DNA from: Tubiluchus corallicola
Taxonomy: Eukaryota; Animalia; Priapulida
Direction: 5' to 3'
Assembly (NCBI GenBank): GCA_030141605.1
Contig: JAQGDQ010002369.1
Span: 809,889-873,888, forward strand
DNA length: 64,000 bases
Positions within the stretch are counted from its first letter, which is position 1. Each line of letters begins with the position of its first letter. Below the pieces are notes generated by a model. It was not told the origin of the DNA. It saw only the letters and a list, made by a program, of their open reading frames with translations, and did not search any database. Positions 1 to 9,878 of this stretch are shown piece by piece. The position numbers and the translations under genes are program-made.

Positions 1-34
1 GAAATTTCCTGATTTTTTATGATCGTAAGACAAT

Positions 35-402
35 ATGACAACACCAGTTCAAGCAACTAGCTTTCCTAAGGACTCACTTTGTTGTAAAGAACTTAGTGAC
101 TGCATCCAGCTGAAAGCACGGATTACCTGTCTTGCAAGCAGCGTTATCCTTCCATTTGCCTATATAGCAACGACAATCGCCCGAGTAGCCTTGATCGGTC
201 TCTACTTGGTCGGGCTCGCTTTTAGTCTGACCTTTTCCATCCCATTTTTATTTTGCCATCAGGAACTCAATGCCTTCACCGTTCATAATATGAAGGGTAT
301 GTGGGGCAAAACATTTTTGGAATGGGCTCAGATGCCTTCCGATTCCTCTTTATGGAAATCAAGGTCATCCTAGGTGCCCTCGTTCACCCAAGTATTGTCT
401 AA
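35..402 (+). CDS. Hypothetical membrane protein with long Inc-like hydrophobic stretch; probably frameshifted near 300-350
   Basis: ORF 35-373 has about 40 hydrophobic residues (LASSVILPF...FSIPFLF). Another frame continues FRFLFMEIKVILGALVHPSIV to TAA at 400-402, a more plausible C-terminus. Confidence 0.55.
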
Positions 403-758
403 AGCCCCAAATGTCCGCTGATTCGGCCCAAATTGAAACTGAAAATCTCCAAGAGGCCCGCTTCGCAATTTTCGTCATCGAATTTCTTATATACGTCTTC
501 TAAGTCTTCGATATCCTGTTGCACTTTTCGCGGTAAGCCTTTGTGGTGGCTTTTCAGATCTTTTAGTAAACGTCCCATTTCCTGGTAAGTTTCCTTCATA
601 TGAGCTTCGATCTTGTTCTTCTCGCTCATGCTTCTGGCACTGTGGTATTTCTCGTGGTCAACCTGCATTTCAACAGCATGTTTGGCGAGAAAGCTAACAT
701 CAGAGCGAGCTTTGAGCATAGTCTTATTGTTGGAATCACTCCTAGCTCTAGCAGCCAT
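399..758 (-). CDS. Hypothetical protein (charged, helical)
   Basis: 119-aa ORF with a strong RBS (AAGGAGGAG) just upstream of the ATG, followed upstream by an AT-rich intergenic region. Confidence 0.7.
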   Translation of the reverse strand: MAARARSDSNNKTMLKARSDVSFLAKHAVEMQVDHEKYHSARSMSEKNKIEAHMKETYQEMGRLLKDLKSHHKGLPRKVQQDIEDLEDVYKKFDDENCEAGLLEIFSFNLGRISGHLGL

Positions 759-987
759 GTTCTCCTCCTTTCAGAAATAGGCAGGACTAATGAATTTAGC
801 CCATCCCTTAATTGTTATTATAACAGTTATGGTTTATTTGGGGTATAATATATATTTAATAATAAGCAAGATTCTTAATTACAATTATTTAAACAATTTT
901 AAACATGATTAAATCAGTTCAAATTTTCTATTGCCTTTGGGGATTTATTCCAGTATTGTTCCCCTTTTTCAACTCAGGAGACTCCCA

Positions 988-1750
988 ATGAAGACGGTGG
1001 ATTTTTCACTACAGACCCACCTATTTCTCAATGAGATCAAAAGACTTGTTCAGAGACATCCTCCAATGCTTTATTCCCAAAAACCAGATTCCTCTTCCCG
1101 GACCGAAAAAGAAGAAGCACTCATCCGCCACATAGAGAAAAGCATTCAACGTGCAGAGAAGGGAGAATCGGAGCTGAGCCCTGCAATATTAGCTTTGGAG
1201 GGATACTCGAGCGCAAAGGTAAGGCATTTCCTTAATAATCTGTGCAGCAGGGAAGGTACCAGGTATTTTGAAATTGGGACCTGGAAAGGATCTACTTTTA
1301 TATCAGCTCTCTATGGGAACCAGAAAAATCTGAAAGATGCAGTTGCGATCGATGACTGGTCGGAATTCGGAGGACCAGAAAAAGATTTTCGGTCCCATTG
1401 CGCAAGCTTCCTCTCTAAGGTCAAACACCGCTTCTATGCAGAGGACTGCTTTTCCATAGAACCCAGAGATTACTTTTCTGAGAAGATCAACCTCTATTTC
1501 TATGATGGAAACCATAGTGCGGAACATCATGAAAGAGCTTTTACCTACTATGTCGAGATCTTTTCAGATCTCGTCATTAGCAGTCATTGATGACTGGAAT
1601 GCCTATCACGTCCGCCAGGGAACATTCCAGGCCTTTGATAAATTGGGCTATAGAATCGCTTATGAGAAGGTCTTGCCTGCTAAATTCAGTGGAGATAAGG
1701 AAAATTGGTGGAATGGAATCTATCTAGCTGTCATTCGAAGAGATCGATAA
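988..1750 (+). CDS. Class I SAM-dependent methyltransferase (Methyltransf_24-like); one frame break near 1575-1590
   Basis: Motifs YFEIGTWKGST, AVAIDDWS and LYFYDGNH; the second frame supplies the expected AVIDDWN and WWNGIY. RBS AGGAG precedes ATG 988. Confidence 0.8.
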
Positions 1751-1885
1751 CTGGCTTTTTTAAAATATTGAACAGAGTTCTACTCAATATCTATTTTCCA
1801 CTCATCTCTCTTATTATCAGGAAATTATAAGACCAGTTAGCTCTCATCGGGGATTCTACAGGTCTTCTGGAAGGCCTTAGCAAGA

Positions 1886-2848
1886 TTAAATATTTTGAAT
1901 CCAGCCAATTAGGATCTTGTCTAACCAATGGAAACCTTGGGAAGGGTAGCTGAGATAGCCGATATGTCCCCCTTTCTCAGTCTTGAAAATCGACACATTA
2001 TCAGGGACGGTAATCCCATCAAGAACACTTGCGCAGATGATAGGGTCGTCTTCTGCAAAGAGAATATGACAAGGGATCGTTATATCCGGAATGAGCGGAG
2101 CACTCGAACATTTTTCATAGTAGTCCATCGCACCGGAAAAACCGCATTGAGGGGCCGTGTATAGCTCATCAAAATCGAAGAAGCACATTTTCCTGGGTAG
2201 GTCCACTTTCGGTAGATCAGGAAAAATCTTATGTCGGTACATCACATCCGCTCTTAAGAGACGAATGAAATAGCGTTCATACATTCTGTTTGATCGATAG
2301 GATAGTAGATCCACACTTGAATACAAATCGACGGGTGGATTGATGGCTATCACTTTCTTGAGAACTTCGGAAGCTGAAGATTTCAACTCCCCGGCAAGTT
2401 TCAAGACTATATTGCCCCCCAATGAGAAACCGACTAAAACAGTAGGTGAATCGGGTGTTTCTGCTTTTAGAGCCTTCAAAGAATGAAGGACATCCTCGCT
2501 ACGTCCACTATGATATATATGCCTTGCCAGTCCTTTTCCAGAACCGCATCCTCTCATATTCATTCGAACAACCCTGATCCCCTTATCAAGGAGCTTATTG
2601 GTCATCCGGATGAGATAGGGAGAATGGTGTGATCCGGCAAGTCCATGGAGCATTACGACGGTCATATCCGTCGACTTCCAACCCTTAGGCATCGTGACTT
2701 CCAGGGAGATCTGGTCTTCATCGGGAAGACGGACTAGCATTTGCTCAGATCCAGGTTCTCTTTGCCAATTCAGCAATGATCCCATGACCGTCTGAGTATG
2801 CGCCCCCTTGAAAAGCGGAAAAGGAATGAAATTAAGATCTTCGCACAT
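1886..2848 (-). CDS. YheT-family alpha/beta hydrolase
   Basis: HGLAGS, NMRGCG, nucleophile elbow GFSLGG, EDDP and GGHIG catalytic motifs. Confidence 0.9.
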   Translation of the reverse strand: MCEDLNFIPFPLFKGAHTQTVMGSLLNWQREPGSEQMLVRLPDEDQISLEVTMPKGWKSTDMTVVMLHGLAGSHHSPYLIRMTNKLLDKGIRVVRMNMRGCGSGKGLARHIYHSGRSEDVLHSLKALKAETPDSPTVLVGFSLGGNIVLKLAGELKSSASEVLKKVIAINPPVDLYSSVDLLSYRSNRMYERYFIRLLRADVMYRHKIFPDLPKVDLPRKMCFFDFDELYTAPQCGFSGAMDYYEKCSSAPLIPDITIPCHILFAEDDPIICASVLDGITVPDNVSIFKTEKGGHIGYLSYPSQGFHWLDKILIGWIQNI

Positions 2849-2920
2849 TATCTTCCCCTAATTTTAGTTTTCCAAATTAAAACAGAATTAATCAACAAAT
2901 TTATTTTAATTTAATTTCTA

Positions 2921-3448
2921 TTAAGGACATTTAGTCACAGGGATGGACAGAAAAAAGACTAAGGATTCTTCTCCCGGATTCTTTCTTCCCATGCTGGCAT
3001 TGGAAATATGATAAAAATGAGCTCCGGCGCGCATGCAATTTTTAAAGCGCCACCCCTGCTCGATTCCGGAACGGAATTCTAGAGGAAAGCCCAGATCTTT
3101 TCCCCCTCCCTGCCGATACCATCCGGCAGCAAAGTTTGGAGTAAAGACGAGCCGTTGTTTGATGATGAAATCAAGCCCAAAGCCAAAATATAGATAAGTA
3201 GAGCCTTTGATCGTAGCCATAAGCCCTACGAGAGGACGGATCGATCCCCGGATTGTTTCCTTTTCTTTGAATAAAAGAGCCTCTAGCCTAGGACGGTATT
3301 CCACTCTGAATTCTGCCGTGCGGTGTTTTGCTTTAACGATGTTGAAAACCCCTCCCCCTATACTGATAAGGGCAGGTTCTTTATCTGCATAGAGATAGGG
3401 ATTGAGAAGAAAGAAAAGGAGGAGAAATCGTTTCATTAGGAAATACAT
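2921..3448 (-). CDS. PagL-family lipid A 3-O-deacylase / acyloxyacyl hydrolase (outer-membrane beta-barrel)
   Basis: Signal peptide, KDLG-x-PLEFRSG, catalytic HISNA and NPG motifs typical of the PagL family. Confidence 0.85.
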   Translation of the reverse strand: MYFLMKRFLLLFFLLNPYLYADKEPALISIGGGVFNIVKAKHRTAEFRVEYRPRLEALLFKEKETIRGSIRPLVGLMATIKGSTYLYFGFGLDFIIKQRLVFTPNFAAGWYRQGGGKDLGFPLEFRSGIEQGWRFKNCMRAGAHFYHISNASMGRKNPGEESLVFFLSIPVTKCP

Positions 3449-3518
3449 TACTTTTTCGATTACAAAAAATCAATCCCTTGCTAGGCTCCTGCCCCCTAAC
3501 TTTTAATAGAGATTCCTT

Positions 3519-4205
3519 ATGAAAATATTAAAGTCCATCCTCTTTTTAGCTGCATTTACCTCTCTTTTTGCAGCAGAAGACACATCCCATGTCATCATCA
3601 AAGAGCGAGCAGTCAGTGTAGAGAAACAGGATTGTCTGGAAATAGAACGTTCCAAAGAAAGCAGGCCGCCTCAGCAAAAGGTCAGGGCCGGAGCCTATTT
3701 TCGTACACAAACAGTCCAGTACCCACCGTTTTACTTCCCTTCTTCTACTCACTGGCTCTCATCCGTCTCGATTTTGGGCGATTCCTTGGAAATCGAAGAT
3801 GGTTCGTTTTGGAAAATTGCCTCAGGCGATGAATACAAAATCCTCTATTGGCAAGCCAGCGATCCTCTTGTGATCACTCAAAATACGAACTGGTTTTCCT
3901 ATTACGACTACAAGATCATCAATAAAGCTGATGGATCTGTTGTCTATGCCAATCTTTCCATCGGACCAATCGTTGATGGAGAATATACCCACTGGATCGT
4001 TGCCATTGATTATGCCAGAGGGGAAATCATTCTCGAAGATTATTCTCATTGGAAAGTCTGCTCAGCAGATGATTACCTTTTTGACGAATGGGCATTGAAC
4101 GACACACTCATCATTGGAGTCAATTCAGGGTGGCATTCCTCTACTTCCGAATACATATTGATCAACGTCAATATGAATAATTATATCCGAGCTTCACAAT
4201 ATTAA
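3519..4205 (+). CDS. Secreted hypothetical protein with an internal duplication of about 80 aa
   Basis: Signal peptide; two homologous halves (THW...EDGSFWKI...W...D...N..W...Y.IIN and THW...EDYSHWKV...W...D...N..W...YILIN). Confidence 0.8.
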   Translation: MKILKSILFLAAFTSLFAAEDTSHVIIKERAVSVEKQDCLEIERSKESRPPQQKVRAGAYFRTQTVQYPPFYFPSSTHWLSSVSILGDSLEIEDGSFWKIASGDEYKILYWQASDPLVITQNTNWFSYYDYKIINKADGSVVYANLSIGPIVDGEYTHWIVAIDYARGEIILEDYSHWKVCSADDYLFDEWALNDTLIIGVNSGWHSSTSEYILINVNMNNYIRASQY

Positions 4206-4220
4206 TCCGGGAGGAGAAAC

Positions 4221-4865
4221 ATGGAATGTTCAGCCGTTCTTCAACATGTTCAAAAACAAGATTTTCATGATTCAATGAAACAAACCAACTTGGATGTACA
4301 GGCATGCAGGATCATGGTGATTGCTCTTGCCCTGTTTTCAAGTATTGCGAGCTTTCTGGTTTTCGATCCGATCACCTCTCTTACAGCAGGATGCTTTATT
4401 TGGACAGGCGCATTGATCCTGTCATCAGATGGAGGTACCTATGAAACTTCTTGCTCTCCTCCTGTTTATGCTCCTCGTCCCTGGTATTCCTATGTGTCTC
4501 CCTGGCATTGGCGTCCCAAGACCTACTGTAGTGATCAATCCTTCCCCTACTGTAGTTAGACCTGTCCACGTTCACGACACACGACCAAGAGTAGCCGTTG
4601 GAACAAGAGAAGTGCACCATGCCCCTGTGCATACAAGACCTTTTCATACTTCGGCACCAACTCATCGTAATGTGCATCATGTTCCTACTCATCCTGTCAG
4701 GCATCACGACTCGCGGTCTCGTATTCCTGTAGGTGAACGAATGCATCGTCCCCTTCCGTACCGCATCATCCACCATCCAGGAGGACCAGTGTTCATCCGA
4801 CAAGCATGAGAAGCGATCATCAAAGAAGCGCCCCGAGAGTACCTGTCGGGCAGCGGAGGCGGTAA
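4221..4865 (+). CDS. Inc-like membrane protein with His/Pro/Arg-rich repetitive tail; two compensating frame breaks (about 4515 and about 4752)
   Basis: RBS GGAGGAG and a bilobed hydrophobic domain. Joining three frames at C-runs gives three copies of R[VI][AP]VG[TEQ]R, ending at TAA 4863-4865. Confidence 0.7.
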
Positions 4866-4948
4866 TTTTTTTTGTTAAGTATTTTTTTTAATGACAAAAA
4901 TACATACGACGATAAAAATGTTGGCCGCTTAAAACTTAGAGAGGAATT

Positions 4949-6219
4949 ATGACTACAGTTGCATCTGTTGTTTCTCATGTTCCAGACTTTCTGGAGAAAA
5001 GACCTTCTCAAGAATTAGACTCCAAAATAGCAGCCCAACCATTTGATTTCGATGCTATCATGAGTAGTCTTCTAATGGGGCTGGATCAGCCTCATTGTTG
5101 TATTAGGATTTCGATCCCGTATTCAGTTTTTCAAGAGGTTACATTCGAAGAACTAAAGGAACTCGTTGTTCAGTCGATGGTGGAGAGAGGTTATTCCGGT
5201 CTAAAGATTAACAAAGCTGTTTCCATTCTAGTGGAAAGTTACCTCCATTGCCTTGCCGACAGTCCGGTTAGAATTTGTGCAACTACCTTGGAGGCAGAAA
5301 TTCCTGAACTTCTCAGGATTACATCTCCTGAATATTTCTTCCAACAACTCGAAGCAGCAAGAGAGGCAACGTCATTCGTTAACATTTTAGACTTGTCTCC
5401 AGCTAAGAGGGATGATCATCTTGCTCAACTCTCCACTCTTTTAGCCTATTTGATGCGTGTTCAGGGACTTCTTTGGTACTTGGGGGACAACCAAACTTGC
5501 AAGCGCACATTATGGATTATGCTTCAGCAGGACAAAAGGATGTAATGAGAGAGTTTCTTCCTACTGTTGTTAGCCATTTTTCTGATTTTTGCTCCCAGCT
5601 TAGAGTCATGGCCACAATGAAAATAGACAGCTGCATCCAAGAACTTCAAGAAAGAATTCATCTCGTAAAAACGTTGAAGTTAGTCTCGCCAGACCACACT
5701 GAAGATCAGGAAGCAATCGAATTAGCTCTATATGAGAACCATGTCCAGGGGTTTGATAATGCTACTATAAGAATTATCAGAGATGCCCAGCTTATTTCGA
5801 TTGCCAGATTGAAAGCAGAAGGGAATAAAAATGCTGAATTATTATCTGTTTTGAACCAGGCTTTAAGCCGTCACCCTACCTGCACAACAAGAGATATACT
5901 AAAGGTGGAGGATCCTTCAGATGTGATGACAGATCGATTTGTCAGTGAAGTTTGGGAATTCTTTACAGATAAAACAATTGAGGATCTGACCCTTCTTGTA
6001 TTGGAAAATCTAGGGACGTCTGATTTTGATGACTTAGACAGTGCTTTGGAACTCATCGAGAAAAATTGCATGCAAGCATTGGACGCCGATGGAAAAAATG
6101 CCAGTGGAACGATTATGCATGTCTATCAATTCCAAGAAGATGAAACTTGTCATCAGGCAATGACTAAGGTTCTTGGAATGAAATCTTTTGAAGAACTAAT
6201 TGAATGGTGTGAGACATGA
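4949..6219 (+). CDS. Lineage-specific hypothetical protein, split by one frame break near 5470-5490
   Basis: RBS GAGG before ATG 4949. Overlapping ORFs 4949-5545 and 5473-6219 lie in adjacent frames around a G5 run, and the second has no RBS. Confidence 0.6.
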
Positions 6220-6545
6220 GGTGTTTTCACTGTCACAAAGAATATAAGCTTACTTTAGGAAAATTGGGGTTTCGTGAAACCTGCTCCCAGTGCGGCAGAG
6301 ACTTGCATGTCTGCAAAAACTGCCGCCATTATATGCCAGGCAAGCCCAATGATTGCAATGTGCCTGGAACAGAGTCGGTCAAAGATCGGGAAGCGATGAA
6401 TTTCTGCGAGGATTTTTCCCCATTAAAAGACTCATCCAAACAGAAAGATTCTTCCTATCAAAAGGCAAAGGATCTTTTTGGCGAAGAAGTGGATAAGAAA
6501 CCGAAATCGGGAAAAGACCGATTTGATTCTCTATTTGATGAATAA
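6216..6545 (+). CDS. Small Cys-rich putative zinc-binding protein
   Basis: Three CxxC pairs (CFHC, CSQC, CKNC) plus further Cys (NDC, NFC); start overlaps the upstream stop (ATGA). Confidence 0.8.
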   Translation: MRCFHCHKEYKLTLGKLGFRETCSQCGRDLHVCKNCRHYMPGKPNDCNVPGTESVKDREAMNFCEDFSPLKDSSKQKDSSYQKAKDLFGEEVDKKPKSGKDRFDSLFDE

Positions 6546-6557
6546 AAGGTAATCACT

Positions 6558-7392
6558 ATGGCAAGTACAGCTGCAGTCGCCGTTGTTGCTCCAAGTACAG
6601 CTGCGACTATCTTTGAAAGATTGAACAAAGAATATGAAGAAAAAAATCCAGCTCTTGAACAAGCTGTTACTGATGTTTGTGCATTTACTTTGGAACTCGA
6701 CCGTTACAATGAAGGGCTAAATGCAAAACATGATCACGAGCTGCCTGATATTTCTGTACTAAAAGGAGATAGTGAAGTTTTTGCTAAACGGTTGGAGGAA
6801 TTCAAAACAGTTTATAGAACGATGAAAGTATTCCAACAGACGCTTTGTCGTGCTAGAGAGGACTTCAATCGTTGCATTCCACCTGATATATTCGATACGA
6901 TCCAATGGCTCAGTCCTGATTTGAAAACCCAAATCGAAGAGTTATATCATGCTGCTCTCCAGAGCCATCAGAGACTGATTTTGATGTGCGATCTCACAGG
7001 ACAAGTTGCTCTGCTTAAAGATAAAATCACACACAATAACGATCATCCTCAACGGCAGATCCGTCAAAGAATCGAAATCATGGACACAGGAGGCAACCCC
7101 TCATCTTGCCCTGCAACAACTCTACATGAGAGCTCAAAGATACGTTACTTCCGATACTCTTGTCCTTGCACCTGCTGATCATAAACATAGGGACACTCCT
7201 GAAACAGTATCTGTCGATCACGATCGTGAAGAAGAACCTCTTGATGAACCGGTCGTTGTAGCCGCCGCCGGCGCTTCAGAAATGAAAGCTGCAGAATTAG
7301 ACGGCAGTACATCTGGTTCTAATGGAGGATCAGCTGCTGTAGGCAAGACGAAGAAGAAGAAAAAGAAGAAGAAAGGAAGTCCAGTCCAGTAG
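6558..7392 (+). CDS. Coiled-coil hypothetical protein with C-terminal poly-Lys tract; frame break near 7000-7050
   Basis: RBS AAGGT. Overlapping ORFs 6558-7178 and 7006-7392; tail GKTKKKKKKKKGSPVQ. Confidence 0.6.
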
Positions 7393-7398
7393 GGAAAA

Positions 7399-7659
7399 CT
7401 AACTTTTTTGGCGATTAGCCCGAATCACATCGATAATGAGAAAAAGGATCAAAATAGGCAGATAAAATGCCTCTGGTTTGGAAAGAGTCAGCACATAAGG
7501 TGCAATCAAATAGACTAGAAATCCATCGATGATGAAAGTCGATATCGCCACTGTAATCGGGTTAAGTTTTATCCCTAAAAGACGGCGTGTCACAAAGTTC
7601 AGACCCCAGATCACAAGGAATGTCCCAATCCACTCTAGAATATAAATAAATATATTCAT
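7399..7659 (-). CDS. Small membrane protein (about 3 TM)
   Basis: 86 aa, three hydrophobic segments; start overlaps the stop of the upstream 86-aa gene. Confidence 0.7.
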   Translation of the reverse strand: MNIFIYILEWIGTFLVIWGLNFVTRRLLGIKLNPITVAISTFIIDGFLVYLIAPYVLTLSKPEAFYLPILILFLIIDVIRANRQKS

Positions 7660-7916
7660 TTTGATTTATTCTCCTGGATCCTATTCCAGATGAGATCGAC
7701 CATGAGCCACAGAATTAGTGCAATCACATACTCTGCTACGACGACATCAAATCCCGCAATCCAGCTGATGATAGGCGCCATGATGACCAGAGCGATCCAA
7801 AAAGAAAGATAGCATGCCGTTGACTTTGAGACCTTTTTCCTTAATAGCCAGTTTGATATGCGTGTCCAGACCCCTGTGATGATCACTGCGATAATGATAT
7901 CCCGAAAAAAGATCAT
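7656..7916 (-). CDS. Small membrane protein (about 3 TM)
   Basis: 86 aa, three hydrophobic segments; RBS GAGGAG upstream. Confidence 0.7.
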   Translation of the reverse strand: MIFFRDIIIAVIITGVWTRISNWLLRKKVSKSTACYLSFWIALVIMAPIISWIAGFDVVVAEYVIALILWLMVDLIWNRIQENKSK

Positions 7917-8041
7917 TCCCTCTCCTCTTTTCCCTTATAAATAATTGAAATAATTTTTAATCCAAAGAGAATTCTTTTAATTGCAATCAACCTGTATTCT
8001 TATAATAATATTCGCCATTAAACTGAAAAAAGTTATTTTAA

Positions 8042-9517
8042 ACGGCAATTAATATTTCGAATCAAAAAGCTCTTTCTTCTCAGAAAGCGAAGACACATCT
8101 TCGTGAATCGAGCCATCAGATTCTTCAGAAGTTGCTCTTGTATCATAACCTACTTGAATCGGTCGAAAACCCCCACTTGGAAAAGGAAATCCTGGAACGA
8201 ATCCGCGACATCCCCTCCCATCATTCTCCTGAAGAAGTTTTAGAAAAACTGAGAGATAAAGAAGGGACCAAAGAGATCATCCGTGAGTTCCTTGAACACT
8301 CTCAGAGAAAGGAACCTAAAACACCTGTAGAAAAATCAGTTAAAATTCCCCAAGAAGAGAAGGTTGTTGCAGAGTCCATCTCGATTGAAGATTCGAAAAT
8401 CCACCCTTTCGATCTATTTTTCCGTGATGAAATCTCCCAACTTAAAAATCTTGACGAACTCTATCAATACATTTCCCAAAGAAGATCAGAGATTGCCGAC
8501 CAGAAGACTCATTTCTCTCCTTTGGTTGAAAAGCTTAAGGCCATCTACTCCGATTTCCATACCTTGTTCCAAGAGACTCATCAAATGGGATCGCTCAAGC
8601 CGGTTGCAGAAGGAGCTGGGGCCGCCTATTTTCTCTATAATGAAAAAGGAAAACCAAAGTTCATCGTAAAGCCGGTCGATGAAGACATTTTCTGTTTGAA
8701 TAACCGTAAAGGCTACGTCAGTATCCAGACTGGATACCGTACAAGGAAATGGGTTCCGGTATACAGAAGCGCACAGACCGATGTTCTTTGCTATGAAGTG
8801 GCGCAAATCATCAATACTTCGACCATCACTCCGAAAACGAGCATGGCGATTGTCAATGATGAGGGATTCTATGACCTTACCGAACGCGTTGGTCATGCAT
8901 ATAAGGACGGGCTCATTACCAAGGGCGGTCATCCCGACAAAGAAAAGCTCTGTTCCATCCAGGAATACATTGAAGATTCAAAAGACCTGTTCGAAGTATT
9001 GAACCGTTTTCAGCATATGAAGCTCTCTGACAAGGAAATCAAACATGCTTTTGATCAGACGGATTTTGAAGAGGCAAATCTCTTTTTGTGGACGACCTAC
9101 GATACTGATGGCCATTTTGGAAACTTCCGCGTCTATGTTAAAGGAGTCGACCCTTTAGGAAGAGAAATCCTTGGAATCAAAAAAGTCGATAATGGCCTCG
9201 CTTTTCCTGAGAAGAATGAGCAGCTCCGCAATGGTCTGGTCCATCTTCCGAATGCCAAGCGGCCTCTTTCAGATTCAGCAAAAGAGAAAATCAGAAATAT
9301 CGATGTGAATGCTATTGTGAACCGGCTTCGTTTTTATGAAATGGACGAATGCGTCGATGCCTTTGTCGAAAGGATCGGGATTCTTAAAGAACTTGCTGAA
9401 AGAGATGGAATGAGCATTTATGAGATCAATTATCGAATGGGCCTCATCGGAAAAGGAGAGGTTGGAAAAAGCCTTGCCCTTTCCCCTATTCCACTGAAAG
9501 AATTAAAAAAAAGGTGA
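8042..9517 (+). CDS. Type II phosphatidylinositol 4-kinase-like (PI3/PI4-kinase superfamily) protein, candidate effector
   Basis: Gly-rich loop EGAGAAYF, VKP-x-DE, GSxQ-equivalent CSIQEYI, catalytic DTDGHFGNF and VDNGLAFP. The frame is open from 8042 (TAINISNQ...) although the track starts at TTG 8132. Confidence 0.8.
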   Translation, partial: TAINISNQKALSSQKAKTHLRESSHQILQKLLLYHNLLESVENPHLEKEILERIRDIPSHHSPEEVLEKLRDKEGTKEIIREFLEHSQRKEPKTPVEKSVKIPQEEKVVAESISIEDSKIHPFDLFFRDEISQLKNLDELYQYISQRRSEIADQKTHFSPLVEKLKAIYSDFHTLFQETHQMGSLKPVAEGAGAAYFLYNEKGKPKFIVKPVDEDIFCLNNRKGYVSIQTGYRTRKWVPVYRSAQTDVLCYEVAQIINTSTITPKTSMAIVNDEGFYDLTERVGHAYKDGLITKGGHPDKEKLCSIQEYIEDSKDLFEVLNRFQHMKLSDKEIKHAFDQTDFEEANLFLWTTYDTDGHFGNFRVYVKGVDPLGREILGIKKVDNGLAFPEKNEQLRNGLVHLPNAKRPLSDSAKEKIRNIDVNAIVNRLRFYEMDECVDAFVERIGILKELAERDGMSIYEINYRMGLIGKGEVGKSLALSPIPLKELKKR

Positions 9518-9628
9518 AACACCTTAAGGTGAACAATGAAGGCTTCTAAAGGTTTGTTTTTGGGCTTCTGCCTATTTGCAGTTTTTTCCCTTACCTCTTT
9601 AAGCATCAATTTAATGCAAGGAGACCCT

Positions 9629-9874
9629 ATGAAACTCGTCAACAAAGATACTAAAGACGTTGTTATTGAATTCACAGATTCCAAAATCATTTTCCACGAT
9701 CGGTTTTTAGAAGCTGAAATGTCCGAGAACGGAATCACAGTCCCGCCTGCTCTTCAAAAAGAGTATGGGAATAAAGAAATCGTTTTTGTCGAAGATGCCG
9801 AATTCTTAAAGGCGTTCAAAGAAATCTATTATCCTTCCAGCATGAACTCGAACGTCTTCCAGTGGGAAGACTAA
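9629..9874 (+). CDS. Hypothetical protein
   Basis: RBS AAGGAG before ATG 9629 (MKLVNKDT); the track's longer start at 9536 would add a hydrophobic leader. Confidence 0.65.
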   Translation: MKLVNKDTKDVVIEFTDSKIIFHDRFLEAEMSENGITVPPALQKEYGNKEIVFVEDAEFLKAFKEIYYPSSMNSNVFQWED

Positions 9875-9878
9875 GACT

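Noticed and set aside
4826-4875. GC-rich stretch followed by a T-run read as an intrinsic terminator
   Set aside because: The stem is weak and not adjacent to the T-run; the sequence is better explained as the coding end of the frame-repaired gene (APRVPVGQRRR-stop).
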